The notes under the pieces were generated by a model. That model had not been told where the DNA came from and did not search any database. It saw only the letters and a list, made by a program, of their open reading frames with translations. Positions 24,936 through 38,397 of a DNA stretch of 64,000 bases are shown here, in pieces. The stretch comes from Camelus ferus (lineage: Eukaryota), in contig NC_045696.1 in assembly GCF_009834535.1 (NCBI RefSeq), positions 93,870,001 to 93,934,000 on the forward strand, written 5' to 3'. Both the position numbers and the translations under genes were made by a program. Each line of letters starts with the position of its first letter. The stretch's first letter is position 1.

Positions 24936-25468
24936 TAGTGCAATAAAATGCCTTTCTCTCCTGTATGAATTTACACAATTCATATCTTTTAAATAATGCC
25001 AGTAGGCTTCCTTACTTTTCCAGTCCACTCCGTTCAAGAGCACCAATTCTAGCTCCTGTATTTCCATCACTTAAGTCTGGGTAGTCAAGTGTAATACAAT
25101 CCTGCCGTACACCAAATCTGCTCAAAATCACAGGTATACGCTTCCTCATCATTTTTTTTAAACTGTAATGGGCACTTATCAATGATAAAATTAGAGGAGG
25201 GTCTAGCTTAGTTAGTCCTCTATAGGTCCTATGTGTTGGTACCTCATCAGTGAGTTACAGATGGGAAAGCAACAAACCAGAGAAAACTGACAATTTGCTG
25301 ACAAGAAGCGGTGGAATATTTCTTTACATATAAATACTATTCTTGGCCCTGGCCTCCTGCTCATTGTGAGGAAGAAGTCATGTCACGATTAAGAGGCTTT
25401 AAGCCAGGCAAGGCCCAGACGCTCTTGGCAAAAACACAGGGGGCACCATGTTTATTTTTAGAGTCCCC

Positions 25469-25957
25469 TATGGTAGGCTAAGTAATGGTCCCCAAAGATG
25501 TCCACGTCCTGTGAACATGCTACCTTCCATGGTCAAAGGGAACTTGCAGATATGATGAAGGGTCTTGACACTGGGAAAGCATCCTGGATCATCCAGGTGG
25601 GTTTGATGTAATCACAAGGGTCCTTCCAGGAGAAAGGCAGGAAGATCAGACTCAGAAGATGTAAGGATGGGAGCAGAAATCAGAGAGGAAAAAAGACAAG
25701 ATGCATTTGGCCCTGAAGATCCAAGAAATGGTCATAAGCCAAGGAAAGCAGGAGTCTTGTGGAAGCTAGAAAAGGCACAGCAATGGATTCTCCCCTAGAG
25801 CCTCCAGAAAGAACCAGCCCTGGTGACACCTTGATGTTAGCCCAGTGAAACTGACTTCAGATTTCTGATCTTCAGAATTACAAGGAAAAAAAAATGTGTT
25901 ATTTTAAACCACTAAATTTGTAGTAGTTTGTTACAGCAGTGATAGGAAACTAATGCA
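25469..25957 (+). mobile_element. MaLR solo LTR (MLT1D-like)
   Basis: tggtaggctaagtaatggtccccaaagatgtccacgtcct...ggattctcccctagagcctccagaaagaaccagccc...ttgttacagcagtgataggaaactaatgca. 5-bp TSD TCCCC/CCCCC. Confidence 0.9.
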
Positions 25958-26119
25958 CCCCCTTAATCTGTTTTAAACCTCTCTCTTTCTAACCTCCTGT
26001 TCCCTTGCCAATATCCAACATCCAGTATCTGCATGCAGGCCTCTTAACTACTTAGGGGCCTGACTTCAGAGCTTCATCAATCTCAGAAAGCTCAAAGTTC
26101 CAGACCCAGCTCTCTCCTC

Positions 26120-26800
26120 TACTCATTCACTATTTACTGAACACCTACCACATACCAGGCTCTACTCTAGGCACAAAGAACACACAGCCCAGGGCAATTC
26201 CAACAAAAATCCGTGCCTTGGTAGCACCTATCATCCAGTTCCTAGGGAGGTCAGCCCCGCCCTGTTCAACCCCCTCAGAGCCCCAGTGGAAGATGGCACA
26301 AATAGCTGTTAGCATGACTGATGAAAAATAAAACAAAATACTCTCTTTCAAGTCCTTCAAAAGACGCTTTAAAAAGAGACTTTCACAGTAGGTGACTACC
26401 AGGAAGGAGAAGGGAGCGAGGAGGGGAGGGTATACGCCGGCAAAGATGGGAACATGCAGGTTGTGCCCAGGGAGCGTGGTGGTGGACTTGTTCATGATAG
26501 ATTTTCACAGGGGTCTATGACACAAAGAAGTTTAAGAACCACTGGCTTTGTAGAATGAAAAACCTAACACAGAAAGATACACAAAAACTGAGAAATGAGT
26601 GGAGGATGAAATGATAAACGTAGCCAGGGCCTAGACTGGGAGAACTCAGACTGCCATGTTAAGCAGTTTTAATTCCTTCCCTACGTAATAGAGAACCACT
26701 GAGGTTTCTTCTACTTTAGAAAGTAACCTAGAGGCAGCAGGGTGAAGGGCAGGATGTAGGGCTGAAGTCTGAACTGAGGAGCAAAGAAGCAGGCAAGGAG
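26120..26800 (-). mobile_element. L2 3' region, interrupted
   Basis: tcattcactatttactgaacacctaccacataccaggctctactctaggcac...gccatgttaagcagttt...agagaaccactgagg. Confidence 0.65.
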
Positions 26801-26847
26801 GCCAACCACACGTCTACGCACATGATCCACTTAAGAGAAGAGGAGGC

Positions 26848-27435
26848 TGGCAGTTCCTCAGAATGTTAAACGCAGGGTTACCATACGACCCAGCAAGCCC
26901 ACTCCTAGGTGTATACCCAAGAGCAATGAATACCTATGTTCACACAAAAACCTATACACAAATGTTCATAGCAGCTTAAAATATACCAGTAAAAAGGAGG
27001 AACAGCCCAATGTCCGTCAACTAATGAATGGGTAAATAAAATGTGGTTTAGCCATACGATGGAATATTATTCAGCAATAAAAAGAAATAAAGATTCGTAC
27101 ATGTTACAACATGGATGAACCTTGAGAATACTATGCTAGATGAAAAAAGCTAGTCAGAAGAGACCACATATTGAATGATTCCATTAATAGGAAATGTCCA
27201 GAACAGCTAAATCCATAGAAACAGAAAGTGGACTGGTGGCTGTCCAGAGCTGGGGAAGTTTTGGGGGAAATGAGGGCTACTGGGTACAAGGCTTCTTTTT
27301 GAGGGGCTGAAAATGTAAAGTTGATTGTGGTGATATTTGCTCAATCTGTGAATATACTAAAACCACCAAATTACATAACATAAATGGTTTATTTGCATGG
27401 TATGTGAATTATTCTCTTAATAAAGCTCTTTTAAT
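26848..27435 (+). mobile_element. Old L1 3' end (L1MB-like)
   Basis: ggcagttcctcagaatgttaaac...ccatacgacccagcaagcccactcctaggtgtatacccaagag...acaacatggatgaaccttgag...ggtatgtgaattattctcttaataaagct. Confidence 0.88.
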
Positions 27436-28796
27436 GAAAAAGGGCAGCTGGGAAATGAACAGAAGGGGTCAGAGCTGATACCCACTCATTCTGCTCATGT
27501 ATAGAGCTCTCTCTTTTCCTACTTTCCCAGAAAGCAGATTCCGTGTGTGTTTCATTTCTTTTTAAGTGACTTTTATGAAAACTCCCAAGATTTAAACAAT
27601 AAAGGAGAGCTGTTCTGATTCAGGCCGGGTCAGGAGGCCCAGAGTCCAGTTGTTTGGACTAACACCCAAATTGGCTGACCCTAAAGTGCCTTCAGGGAAT
27701 TCTGGGCCCCTGGGAACGCAATCTGAAACCACTCTGTGGATCTAAAGGGCTGAGTGATGTGGGAATGTTAAGCATCTCTGTAGGGTCAGCGAGAGGGGAC
27801 CCAGCCAGGATCTCCCCAGTCACACCAAGGCACTGGAGACAGTGTCCACACCGAAGCAGCCTGGCCCCACTGCTCAGGCCTTCGATCCAAGTGACAACTG
27901 TCAGCCTTCTACCTCCTCACCACACAGATCCCCTCCGACGGGTGAGTAACAGGTTCATTTGTAGAAAGCTAAAACAGGTTTGTTTTCACATCCTCCCATA
28001 AGACTTTCAAAGAGGCCCAATGATAGCAGCTGAGTCCCAAAGAATCAAAATGGGATATAAAAATCTTACCTAGCATTTAACCACAACCAAGATGCTGGCA
28101 GCCTTTAACTTTCTTTAATAATGGTGAATTTTGAATTACAAAATACATTATCTATTCCTTTAGAAACATTTCTATAGTAAGTGTACTTCTGAAGTCTACA
28201 TTCCCTGCTGCCAGTCAGTAATCTACAAGCCATGAGCAGTCACATTTCACCAATGTTTGTGCTCTGTCTTACATACACACCACCTCCTTCTCTTTATTTC
28301 TCTACTAAAACCCTGGTCCCTAAATACACAGCTTCTGCCGTGGTATTTTACTCTTCATAGCATTCCCCACTTTTATTTCTTTCTTCCCTGCTTCAATCCA
28401 CTTTTAAAGAATTTACCAAAACCCCTTACTAAAAACTCTGGCCCCATCACCCTTTCCTCTGAACTGCCAATGAGACCCAGCTGTCCAAACCAAATCTCTA
28501 ACTGCTGGCTTCTATCCATCTGACTCCCTCTAAGAAAAGCCCACAATGCACCTCTCCTCTTGGTTCCTTCCCAACCAGCTCTCTGAGGCCCTTCATAAAG
28601 CCAACCTACAGCTGGAATCCACCTACACGCTGGGGAAGGACAACGTGACTGCAGAACCTTCTTTTATTGCTTGTTAAGAAGGACAACACTAGATCACCAC
28701 AAATACGTCATTCGCCAGGATACACAGTGGCCAGATTGTGGAGAGGTGACCACTTTCAGTTTGCAGGGAGTCTGTGATTCTCTAGTTTTCCTTCTT

Positions 28797-28876
<80 letters not shown>
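28797..28876. repeat. Compound microsatellite (TA)12(TG)28
   Basis: Read directly: TA repeat 28797-28820, TG repeat 28821-28876. Confidence 0.98.
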
Positions 28877-28880
<4 letters not shown>

Positions 28881-28946
28881 AATGGAGGTACTGGAGATTG
28901 AACCTCATGTATGATAAACACACTACCAGTGAGCTACTCCCTCCCC
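28877..28946 (-). mobile_element. Camelid tRNA-derived SINE, short form with an internal deletion
   Basis: aatggaggtactggagattgaacc...cacactaccagtgagctactccctcccc. Its tail position is occupied by a (TA)12(TG)28 microsatellite. Confidence 0.8.
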
Positions 28947-30989
28947 TCTTTTTTTTTTCTAATTGACATCTTAACAGTTGTGACAACCACTGTAAGCAGC
29001 TCATCTGGACTTTCGCCAAGATACATATACACCTGCATTTGGTCACTTCTCTCCCAAAGAGTAGCTCCCACAACCGCCTCCATCCTCATTTTCTGCCACA
29101 GAAGCAGGGCAGGCTCCCAGCTTCTTGCACGAATTTGAGAAAGACTAAAGAAACTGCCTACCTGGGGTTTACCCAAAGGAGAACTGCACTGTGATCCTTT
29201 AATAAGGTGATGGTCTCCAGTTTAAAAGGAATGCAAGAGGCCATGCCTGTGGGAGGGAAGGGACGTGCTAGCGGACCACTGGACCGCAGGATGCAGGGCC
29301 TGCCAAGGCACGTGACTGCTCGCGATGTCAGCAGCTTCTCGGGTTTCTCTAGAAACTGAAAATGCCTTGGCACCTGTGCTAACAAGGCCAGCCTGAGTTT
29401 CAACTACCGAATTGTTGTGTTATTACACCTGATGGCTTAACTAGACCTCGTATAGTGCTTTACAGTTTCCAAGTGGTTTTATACATCTTTCTATTAAACA
29501 GTAGTTCCTTTTCCAAGGGCTCTCCTTAGGACTCGTTATAGCTAGGTAAAATAAGCATCCACTGGCTCCTTTCTAAAACAAAATGAAACAAAACATACAG
29601 TATAAATTTTTTTTTTTGGCAAACTGAAAAGCCACAATTCAGCAATAGAGAAGTGGTTTCTGAAACAAAAAATCATTTGTAGGTTTTATTATTATTATTA
29701 TTCAGTGATATCGTAAATAAACTAGGGGCAGTTAACTTTATTAAAAAAGTGCACAGAATTTCTCTCTAGGAATTTCAAAAGAACTCAAGACCTCTGAAAA
29801 ACATATAATGTTTAAGGCCCTTTCTTTTACAAACCTTTGGCTTCCTGTATAGTAATTCCTTACATTTTTTTGTTTTGTTTTGTTTCATTCTGTTTTTAAG
29901 GTTGGCTTGAAGATAAACAATAGAAAAAGGAGAGGGAAATATTTTATTTCCTTGGAAAGTTAATGGACATGTGAGGTTCTAGGTAAAAAGAGTCACCACC
30001 ACGCTTGCCCCCTTCTACAATAGTCGACATGGCCCAGAAGGGGCAGGGCTCACACTCCCAGCTCTATGTGTGGGCTGCAGGCCACCTCAGACTTGAACCA
30101 TAGGAATGAAGTGCACCTGCAGGTGAGGGACAGAGGTCAGAAATCTAACCGTGACCTTCTGTAGAGACTTTGAAAACAAGGTGAAAGGGATGCCACCACT
30201 GTTCCTTTGACTTTCACCCTCCACTCTATGCCACAGCGGTAAATTCAATGTTGTAAAAAAAAAAAATAGACACCGACAGCATTGTAAGCAGGAGTCCCCT
30301 CCCCAGGAAGCCCCAATCTGCACGCCAAGGGCACTTCCACGGCATCCAGGACCCCCAGAGACTCAGCCTAACAGGCGTCCCCATCATTATCTTTCTTTGC
30401 TGTGCTTATAGTATGTTTCTCTTATCGAGACAGTTCCTAATTTTAAGCATTTCTCAGTTTTCAGGAGTTGCCTTACCTTCTACCAGATTAATACCCAGGA
30501 GCCAACTCAGGTTTCTCAATTTTTTGAATCAGGAAAAAAAATGCGTGTAGGTATATAAACCTGTTCTTTAAAAAAAGGGTTTTTACTCCCATGTTAACAC
30601 TATTAAAAAAAAAATGCAAATCGACCTGATTCTTTAGTTGCATCAAAAATTTGACAAAGGAGTATTATTCCAGTGCCCATCTAATATTAACAGAGGGAAA
30701 AATAAAGGAAAGATCAGAATGTGTTATTAAAAATACTATTTTCTCAATGCCTCAAATCACATACTATTAGAGACAAAGGTCTATTTGAAATTCTTTATGC
30801 TTAATTTCTCTAAGTCCTGGTGACAGTGTTCACCCTAATACATTAAAACACATTCCCCCTCCCTCCCTCCTCTAATACTTACTGAGGCTATAGAGAGAGT
30901 CTCTGAGGAACTCGTACACAGGCACAAGGTCCGTTGACTTTATCAGGCTAATTCTGAACAAATGATAAAACCAACAAAATGAGCTTCAG

Positions 30990-31283
30990 AGCCTCTCAAA
31001 CGGGTGGTTGATGGGTTGAAACTGCCACATATGTGTATTTTAAAAATGTGAATTATTTCCCAACACTTAAAAATCAAGACTGTAGCCACACACCCAGATT
31101 TCCCACTTTTCTTGAAATATCAGATCGTGACACTGAGCTCATGTTCCCACAACAGCCACAGTGGCTGGGGCTGCATTCACACCCCCGTATAGAGTGACCC
31201 CAGTGAACCTACCACTCAGAACCACCTCACACCGTCCTGCTTGACCTGGCTGCCAAGACAGAGATTTGAATTTGACCCCCCTA
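30990..31283. mobile_element. MER102-like hAT-Charlie element
   Basis: ccaacacttaaaaatcaagac...ccagatttcccacttttcttgaaatatcaga...cactgagctcatgttcccaca...atttgaatttgacccccct. Confidence 0.65.
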
Positions 31284-31289
31284 GGGAGG

Positions 31290-31495
31290 GCTCCAGAGTC
31301 AGATGTGGGGCTGAATTCTGGCTCACCCCTTATTATCTGAGTACTTACTACTTGGGTGCAATTTACCTAACCTCTATGCTTCTCCTCCACTATCTCCTGT
31401 ACAGATCATGGCAAGCATTAAATAACACAAAGGATTTAGCACAGTACCTGACACATGGGGCTGGACAAGTAGTGATAGATGTTATTATTATCATC
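31290..31495 (+). mobile_element. MIR fragment
   Basis: ctccagagtcagatg...gaattctggctc...cttgggtgcaatttacctaacctct...tttagcacagtacctgacacat. Confidence 0.65.
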
Positions 31496-33089
31496 ATCAA
31501 ATGACAAAGCATCCAAGGGATACTTGAGAAGACGCTCATTTCCATCCAAGTCAAAAGGTTTTTGAAATCATTATTTACACCCCCTTAAATTTATGTATAA
31601 TTTAGAAACAGTTTAAGTTATCAGGGACTCATTAAACTTTTGCTTCCATGTATCAGGATCCTGCAAGCCCAGACTCCACATATGTGGGGGGGAAAATGTA
31701 ACTTTTGGTTTTCAATCAATTCCCAAGAAAAGCAACATATTGTTTATTAGAAATACTTTTATGCACGTATCAGTCTATTCCTTATCCCTGATAAGTTTCT
31801 CATATTAATATAAAAAGAAAGAATACAAGCATTTATCAGTCTGTAAAATGTTATTTACCCCATGAGGAAGAATTAATCACTGTAATTAGCATCAACTTTC
31901 AACAAATGCATGGCTCTAAAATGTTTGTCTTTCATTACAAAGCCTTTGGAGTTTTCGAATTGCAATAACTGATATCTTTGTAAGAACTATAATTAATTGG
32001 GAATATTTATAGTTCAATTACAGAAGGAATAAAGGAAGAAAAATGATACTCAGCCATCTCTTCATAATCTTAATGCAATCTCAGTGAGTCAAAATCAGTA
32101 GAAAAGGCTTGTCAACTTATATTTGTAATCTGAGCCAGAAGAAAGGAGACGAGAAGCTAAATCCAATTATTTATAGCACCCTGGCAAAAGTCCATAATGC
32201 ATTTTTAAAGAGGCTGGAGGAGGAGGGAAAAAGAATCCATGGAAACCTTACTAATAAATTCTCTTGCAATGGCATAGTTAGGTATTAATGGCACCTGGCT
32301 GAACACACTATATTCTGATGTTAAGTAAACTCTGCTATAATGCCTTAACAATTTCTCAAATGTTGATCTGGGCTACTGTATACATGAAAACTGATACAAA
32401 CAAGGGCTATTATGATCCTTCTAAAGCATTTTACTTCCAAGCCAACAGTAGTAAAGCACAGCCCATCCTTCACACAACAATGTGAAGTTATAAAAACAGG
32501 CACCTTGTTTATGCAATAGATGTTTTTATAAAGCTAAATCTTTTCTTGTAAATCAAATCACTACACATGACCAATAAAATCTTGGACGGTTCATTTTGCA
32601 AAAAGAAAGGCAATCGGGGGGTGGAAAGGCAATCTAGGGGTGGAAATGCTCCCCCTCAGAATGTATCTGTGCTGTGTGTCTGGATCTTAACCCAACCTGT
32701 CTTTGAACACAGCCTGCACTTCCTGCATTCAGAAAACAATTGACACCAGGAAGAAGCAGCCATGTCTGGCTGTGAGTGAAACCTCAACAGCAGCGCTGTT
32801 GCCATTTAGAGGGCAGCACTCTACCTTTCCTTCCTCTGTTCAGAAGTGACGCCAACTATTCCGACAGCAGGCACAAAAGCCCCGCTGAGACTTAGGGCTT
32901 CCAAAGGTGCACCCTTGATCACTCTGTAAGTGCAACTTCATCTACCGCAACTGCTTCCTGTGCAGAACTTTGCATCGCATATAGTGCAAAATACAGATCC
33001 TCAGAAGGATTCCACAAGAGACTGAAGTCATTCTTAAGGGATGCTGATTTTCTTCCCTTTATGAACATGGGAAGAAAAATCAAAATCTC

Positions 33090-33445
33090 GATGCCACTTG
33101 GCTTCCAGAGTGCCCCACTCTCCTGGGTTTCCTTCTACCCATACTGGCTGCTCCTTCTCAGTCTCCTCTGCCAGCTCCTCCCCCATCTTCCCAATGTCTT
33201 AGAACTGGAAGGCCCCAGGGCTTGGTGCTTGGAGCTCTCTCCTCTATCTCTGTTTTTTCTCTGGTAACCTCAGCCAGCACCACAGCTTGAAATTCTGTCT
33301 ATATGCCAACCACTCCCAAATACAAATACGTCTCCACCCTTCAGACTGCCCCAATCCACATGTACATAAAGCTGCCTATTCAGCTGTGCCTCCTGATGTC
33401 TCACAGCCATCTCCCAAGGAACAGGGCATGTGAACAAGTAACTCA
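33090..33445 (+). mobile_element. L2 fragment
   Basis: cttggcttccagagtgccccactctcctgggtttccttctacc...tggctgctccttctcagtctcct...actcccaaatacaaatacgtctcca. Confidence 0.8.
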
Positions 33446-33456
33446 GCACTACGGTT

Positions 33457-33850
33457 AAAGGCAAAACTACAGAGACAGTAAAGATCAGTGATTGCCGGGT
33501 GCTTGGGGAGAGGGAAGGATGAACAGATAGTAGACAGAGGATTTCTAGGGCAGTGAAAACCATTCTGTATGAGACTATAATGGTGGGTACATGTCATTAC
33601 ACACTTGTCAAAACCCATGGACTGCACAACACCAAGAGTGAACCCTAACATAAGCAAGGACTTTGGGTGATAATGATGTCAGTGTAGGTTCATCCATTGA
33701 AACAAATATGCCACTCTGGCGGGGATGTTAAAAATGAGGGAGGCTGTCCTTGTGGGAGGTCAAAATATATATGGGAAATCTCCGCACTTTCCACTCAGTT
33801 TTGCTGTAACCCAAAACTGCACTAAAAAATAAAATATATTTTAAAAAATA
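33457..33850 (+). mobile_element. L1MC-type 3' UTR
   Basis: aaaggcaaaactacagagacagtaaagatcagtgattgcc...caccaagagtgaaccctaac...atgggaaatctccgcactttccactcagttttgctgtaacccaaaactgcactaaaaaataaa. Confidence 0.85.
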
Positions 33851-34464
33851 CAAGCCATCAGTGAATGAACAAAGTGAAAAGCGACATCTAAAGGCTTATC
33901 ACTCAATTTGTTTTCCCCTGTCAGTGTATTTATAGCATCCCAGCTAGAAAAGTGCATGATGCTTCTCCCAAAAGATCTCCAGAAGAAAGGAGGGTCCCAG
34001 TCGCCCAGTCACCAGTATAAACTTGCTTACATCAAATGGAGTCCACAGGCACCCCAACTCTTCCCACAAGGTTAAAATGTACGTTTGTTAACTTTCTTAA
34101 CAAAATTGTGATCTCTTAGATCCCTGGACTAGTAGTGTTTCCCCCAAGTCTTCCCTGGCTCCTGGAGAAAAAGCTGACCAGTGGGAAAGACATGATCTCT
34201 CTGCTCTAGTGCCAGAACCAGACTCCAGGCCACACTTTCACAGAGCAGGACACAGAATGAGTTAAGAGTCACACAATTTCATGCCACATCTGAACACCCT
34301 TCTCTGCTCTTCCTCTTCTCCAAGCAGCTGCCCAAAACTAAGAGGAGTGAGTTTTTCAACTTAGTTCTTAAAGAGGAAAAAGAAATTCATCATCCCAAAG
34401 TGTATTTACAGAAGTAGCCGCTGATTAGGTATGAGCTGGTATCTGAGTCATCTTCACAGCTGAC

Positions 34465-34587
34465 TAGCAGCACCACATAATTTATCCTTCAAATTGGGAC
34501 ACCTCTTGAGTGTGAAAAGGAGCAATTAATAATTACACCCAAACAACTGAAATTATCCTGGGCAAATAAGGATGTGCAATTATCCTA
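34465..34587 (+). mobile_element. MER81-like hAT MITE
   Basis: ccacataatttatccttcaaattgggacacctcttgagtgtgaaaagg...ttaataattacacc...tcctgggcaaataaggatgt...atccta. Confidence 0.7.
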
Positions 34588-34589
34588 AC

Positions 34590-34800
34590 AGAGCACTTAC
34601 CGTATACTAGGAACTATCCTAACTGTTTTTCATGTATTGACTAATTTAACTTCCACAACAACCCAAAGAAGTAGGTACCCCGCTGCCAGCCATCTCCATT
34701 TTGCACACGTGTGTACTGAGAGACAACGATGTTAGGAAGCTTGCCCGAGGGCACACAGGGCAGGTGCAGAGCAGAGACTGGAACCCAGGCAGACTGATGA
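34590..34800 (-). mobile_element. MIR SINE
   Basis: gagcacttaccgtatactagg...tttaacttccacaacaaccc...ctccattttgcac...cttgcccgagggcacacag...gaacccaggcag. Confidence 0.8.
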
Positions 34801-35060
34801 CACTGTCACTCACCATGCAAATATGATCAGTAACACCATGCTTAGCAACACTCTCAAAGTCTCAATCTTTACAAAGTTTTAGAATAAACAATGAAAACTT
34901 AACTGTAGTTTTTCACAGTCCTGAGTTATGTCATTACTGGGACTTTTCTTTCCTCTCTCTCACATCTCACTGAAATTATTCCTGCTATACCTTTGGATAG
35001 AATGAGAAGAAATAAACTCAACTCGAGCTAGCAAGGAGCTGGCCGCTTAAGTTTTGTCTC

Positions 35061-35603
35061 TGTAGCCCGTTTTCATTATTTGAGGTAGCTGTGTCCTATA
35101 AAGTTACTGTAAACACTGAATTAGCAAATATTCAGCCATTACTCCTAAGTGGAAATATCGAGTTAGGTTTCTGCAAGCCTCTGGTCACAGCATTTTCAAC
35201 AACTGATCAATACAGAACCTTGCTTTATATGTGTTTCTGTTTAAAGGCATTTTATTTAATATTGTTATTGATTCCTTAGCACTGAACTCATGCCAACAAC
35301 ACTACAACGCACGGCTGAACAAAGCTTATCTAACACACACACTTTCTCCACAGGGCTCAGCACAGACTTCTTGCACTTGGGAACCCTAGACATCACTTCA
35401 GCAATACACTTGGAGGCCATTTTAAACGGCAAAATCACCAGCAAAAAAACCCCCCACAAAAATGCAAAAAATGTTGCATTAAATAGACCACATGTGTGAA
35501 TGACTACAAAAGCACAGGAAGTATTGATTTGGGGTTACAAGTAAATTTCAGTGGGAGGCAAAGTCCCAAACACGGAAACCACAAATAATGCATATCAACT
35601 ATA
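35061..35603 (+). mobile_element. Tigger-family non-autonomous DNA transposon (MER82-like)
   Basis: ctataaagttactgtaaacactgaattagcaaata...agttaggtttctgcaagcctctggtcac...ggaggccattttaaacggcaaaatcacca...gtattgatttggggttacaagtaaattt. Degenerate terminal inverted repeats. Confidence 0.85.
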
Positions 35604-36019
35604 TGTGTCACTCACTCACAAAGGTATCAAGCTTGTGCAGCAGAAGCAGCACAGAGACTTCAGGAACATCTGAGTGCAAGTCCCCAGTCAGACACCCACT
35701 GGTAGGGTGGCTGTGGGCAGCTTACTGTACCTCCCTCTGAGCCTTCTTTATTTCACCTACAAACTGATAATGCCCCAAACCTTCCCTTCTTCACGTCAAA
35801 TGACAGCAATTTCAGTAGCTTTCTATCTTGAGTTTTATTTTTCCACTTCTCATAATTTTTCTCTACAGTCTTTACAGAGCTAAATCCCTGTATCTGTCAT
35901 ATGCTATGGAGTCAGGCAAAATAGAACCACCCGCTCCTGACCTAACTGTAGCAAATGAAGTGGGCTCTGAAGACACACACTCTTCTCAAAAGCTTTCATT
36001 TCAGCTTTAATGAGAAGAA

Positions 36020-36285
36020 AAAAAAAAAAGGATGCAGAAGAGTGTACATCACCAGCATGCTACTTTTTAAGGAAAAAGGGACAATAAGAACCAATTTGTA
36101 TTTGCCCGAATGTGCATGAAGAAATGCTGGAAGCAGAACCAAGACATCTAACATCAACAGGAGGTAAGGGGTAACAGGGTCAATGAGGAAGGGGAGGGGA
36201 GAGCAGGCGTCTCAGAATCCAAGTATATACCATTTGATATGGTCGCACTCTTAAGCCATGTAAATATAGAACTTGTTAAAAACAC
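36020..36285 (+). mobile_element. Ancient L1 3' fragment (L1MC4a/L1ME4-like)
   Basis: ggatgcagaagagtgtac...tgtgcatgaagaaatgctggaag...gtatataccatttgatat...agccatgtaaatata. Confidence 0.55.
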
Positions 36286-37042
36286 AATGAAATATCCTTT
36301 TCTGTAAAACAATGAACCAAGAAGTCTTAGATTCTAGCCTTAGCTCTGATTCTACTTAGCTGTGAGGCCTTGGGTGGTGTAAATTCCAGAACGGCACAGA
36401 TGGCCTCTAAGTTCCCTCTCAATCCTTAAATTCCATGGAAATCATTTATTAGTCACAAAACAAAGGAACAGAGTAACCCAAGCTCAGCTGCACCACAGCG
36501 TTTACTATGAGAAATAAATTAACAGCAAGTCAGCTATCTCTTAGCCAGTCTAACACGATTGACAGGTTTTACAATTTCTATGTCCTATTTCAAATAAATT
36601 ACCTGAAGTTTTAAAAATACGTCTGAAATCATAAGAAATTTTAACAAAACCAAATGTTACCTAAGAATATGATGTAAAAGGAGATTCTAGTAACTTAAAG
36701 CATAAATCGGACAACTTTTCCTTAAAAATAAACTAAAGGTGTCAAAATTCCCCAGAAATCGAAGAATTATGCACTCAAACTAGAAATACATTTAGTATTT
36801 TAACCAAGACATAACCTAGGCTCTGTTATTCTTTAAATAAAAATCTTCATATTGTAGTTTAATGACCAATTTGATTATATTGCAGATATGTTAGTTTATT
36901 AAGCTCCATTTCATACATCCCATTGCTCATTTAATGAAGTTACTTGCAAATACAAAATAATTAACAACAAATGACTAGTGTGGGATTTCTACACATAGAA
37001 ACTAACTTGAATTATATTTGAACTAAAAAATCTATTAATAAA

Positions 37043-37258
37043 TTACAGCAAGGGGACTATAGTTAATAATACTTTATAGTACATTTGAAAGTTGATAAAG
37101 TGTAGATCTTAAACGTTTTCATCTCAAGAAAAAAATTTACCACCATATCACTTATTGTGGTGATCATTTTGCAACAGTATAATACAAATATAGAATCATT
37201 ATGTTTTCTCCTGAAACTACACAATGTTACATGTCAATTGAATCTAAATTAAAATAAA
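37043..37258 (+). mobile_element. L1MA9-like 3' UTR fragment
   Basis: gactatagttaataatacttt...gtagatcttaaacgttttc...cttattgtggtgatcattttgcaa...ctgaaactacacaatgttacatgtcaatt. Possible TSD AAAATCTATTAA / AAAGTCTATTAA. Confidence 0.75.
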
Positions 37259-38131
37259 AGTCTATTAAAGATCATTAATCTTACGAGATTAAGCTGATAA
37301 GCGAGCGTAAGGAAAGAAGAGTAATTAAGAGTTAGAGAGAAGACACTTCCCCAGTTCCCTAGACCATTACAAGGTCCTGCTTTGATGGGTACTCTGTTCT
37401 CAGGCACCTGTTCCATGTGCGTTTATCCCACCAGATTGCCAGGACAAGCATCCTGCCTGCCATCTTCATTGCCATATTTCCAGTGCCTAGCATACTGCCT
37501 GGTACCCAGCAGGTCCTGTATAAATTATGCTAAAAAACACACCCTAAAATATTTTGCTAAAGAATAAAGACGCAATGCTCAAAAAAAATCTCACATTCAG
37601 GACAATGACTATTTCCCCAAGAAAATAAATTCCACAACTCATGTGGAACCATTTATTCAAAGTTCTGGAACAGAAGTAACTAGATAGAAGCAGCCCTGGC
37701 TTATCAGGGGAGCAGAGGAAGAGAAAAAAGGGATATCCACTGTTATTCTTCATTTAAGGCTGGCTATTTGTCAGACTGAAAGAAAAGCAAATCGGTACTG
37801 GGTGCATAACAGTGTGTACGAGAACATCTCTGGAAGCTACACCACAAACCAGCTGTACTGGGGGAGTTCTCACTGCATACCCTTCGGCAGAATTTGAATT
37901 TTTCACTATGTATCTGTATTATTTTGGGTGCTGGTAGGCAGGACGTCTCACCCACTATCTAACTTGGATAAAAGCAGGGCCGCCTCCTCCACAGAGCCAG
38001 CCCTCAACAAGGAGCTACAGAGCTCATACGGGAACAGCAGGCATTTCAAATGGACCAAAAGCAGTTCCAGACAAGTCAAACTTTCACTTGGTTAAACTTT
38101 GCCTACCACTCAATCCCAGGCTTGTTAAAAG

Positions 38132-38397
38132 AAATCTTATGGTTACCAGGGGAAAGAAGGTGAGAAGGGATAAATTTGGAAATTTGAGACCTGCTATTAA
38201 CTACCATATGAAACAATAGATAGAAAACAAATTTCTACTGTACAGCACAGGGAACTACATTTAATATCCTGTAATAACCTTTAATGAAAAAGAATATGAA
38301 AGTGAATATATATATACACATGTATGACTGAGACATTACGCTGTACACCAGAAACTGACACATTGTAACTGACTATATTTCAATTAAAAAAAAAAAA
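38132..38397 (+). mobile_element. Younger L1 3' UTR fragment
   Basis: aatcttatggttaccaggggaaag...acagcacagggaactac...tgtacaccagaaactgacacattgtaactgactatatttcaatt plus A12. Confidence 0.88.
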
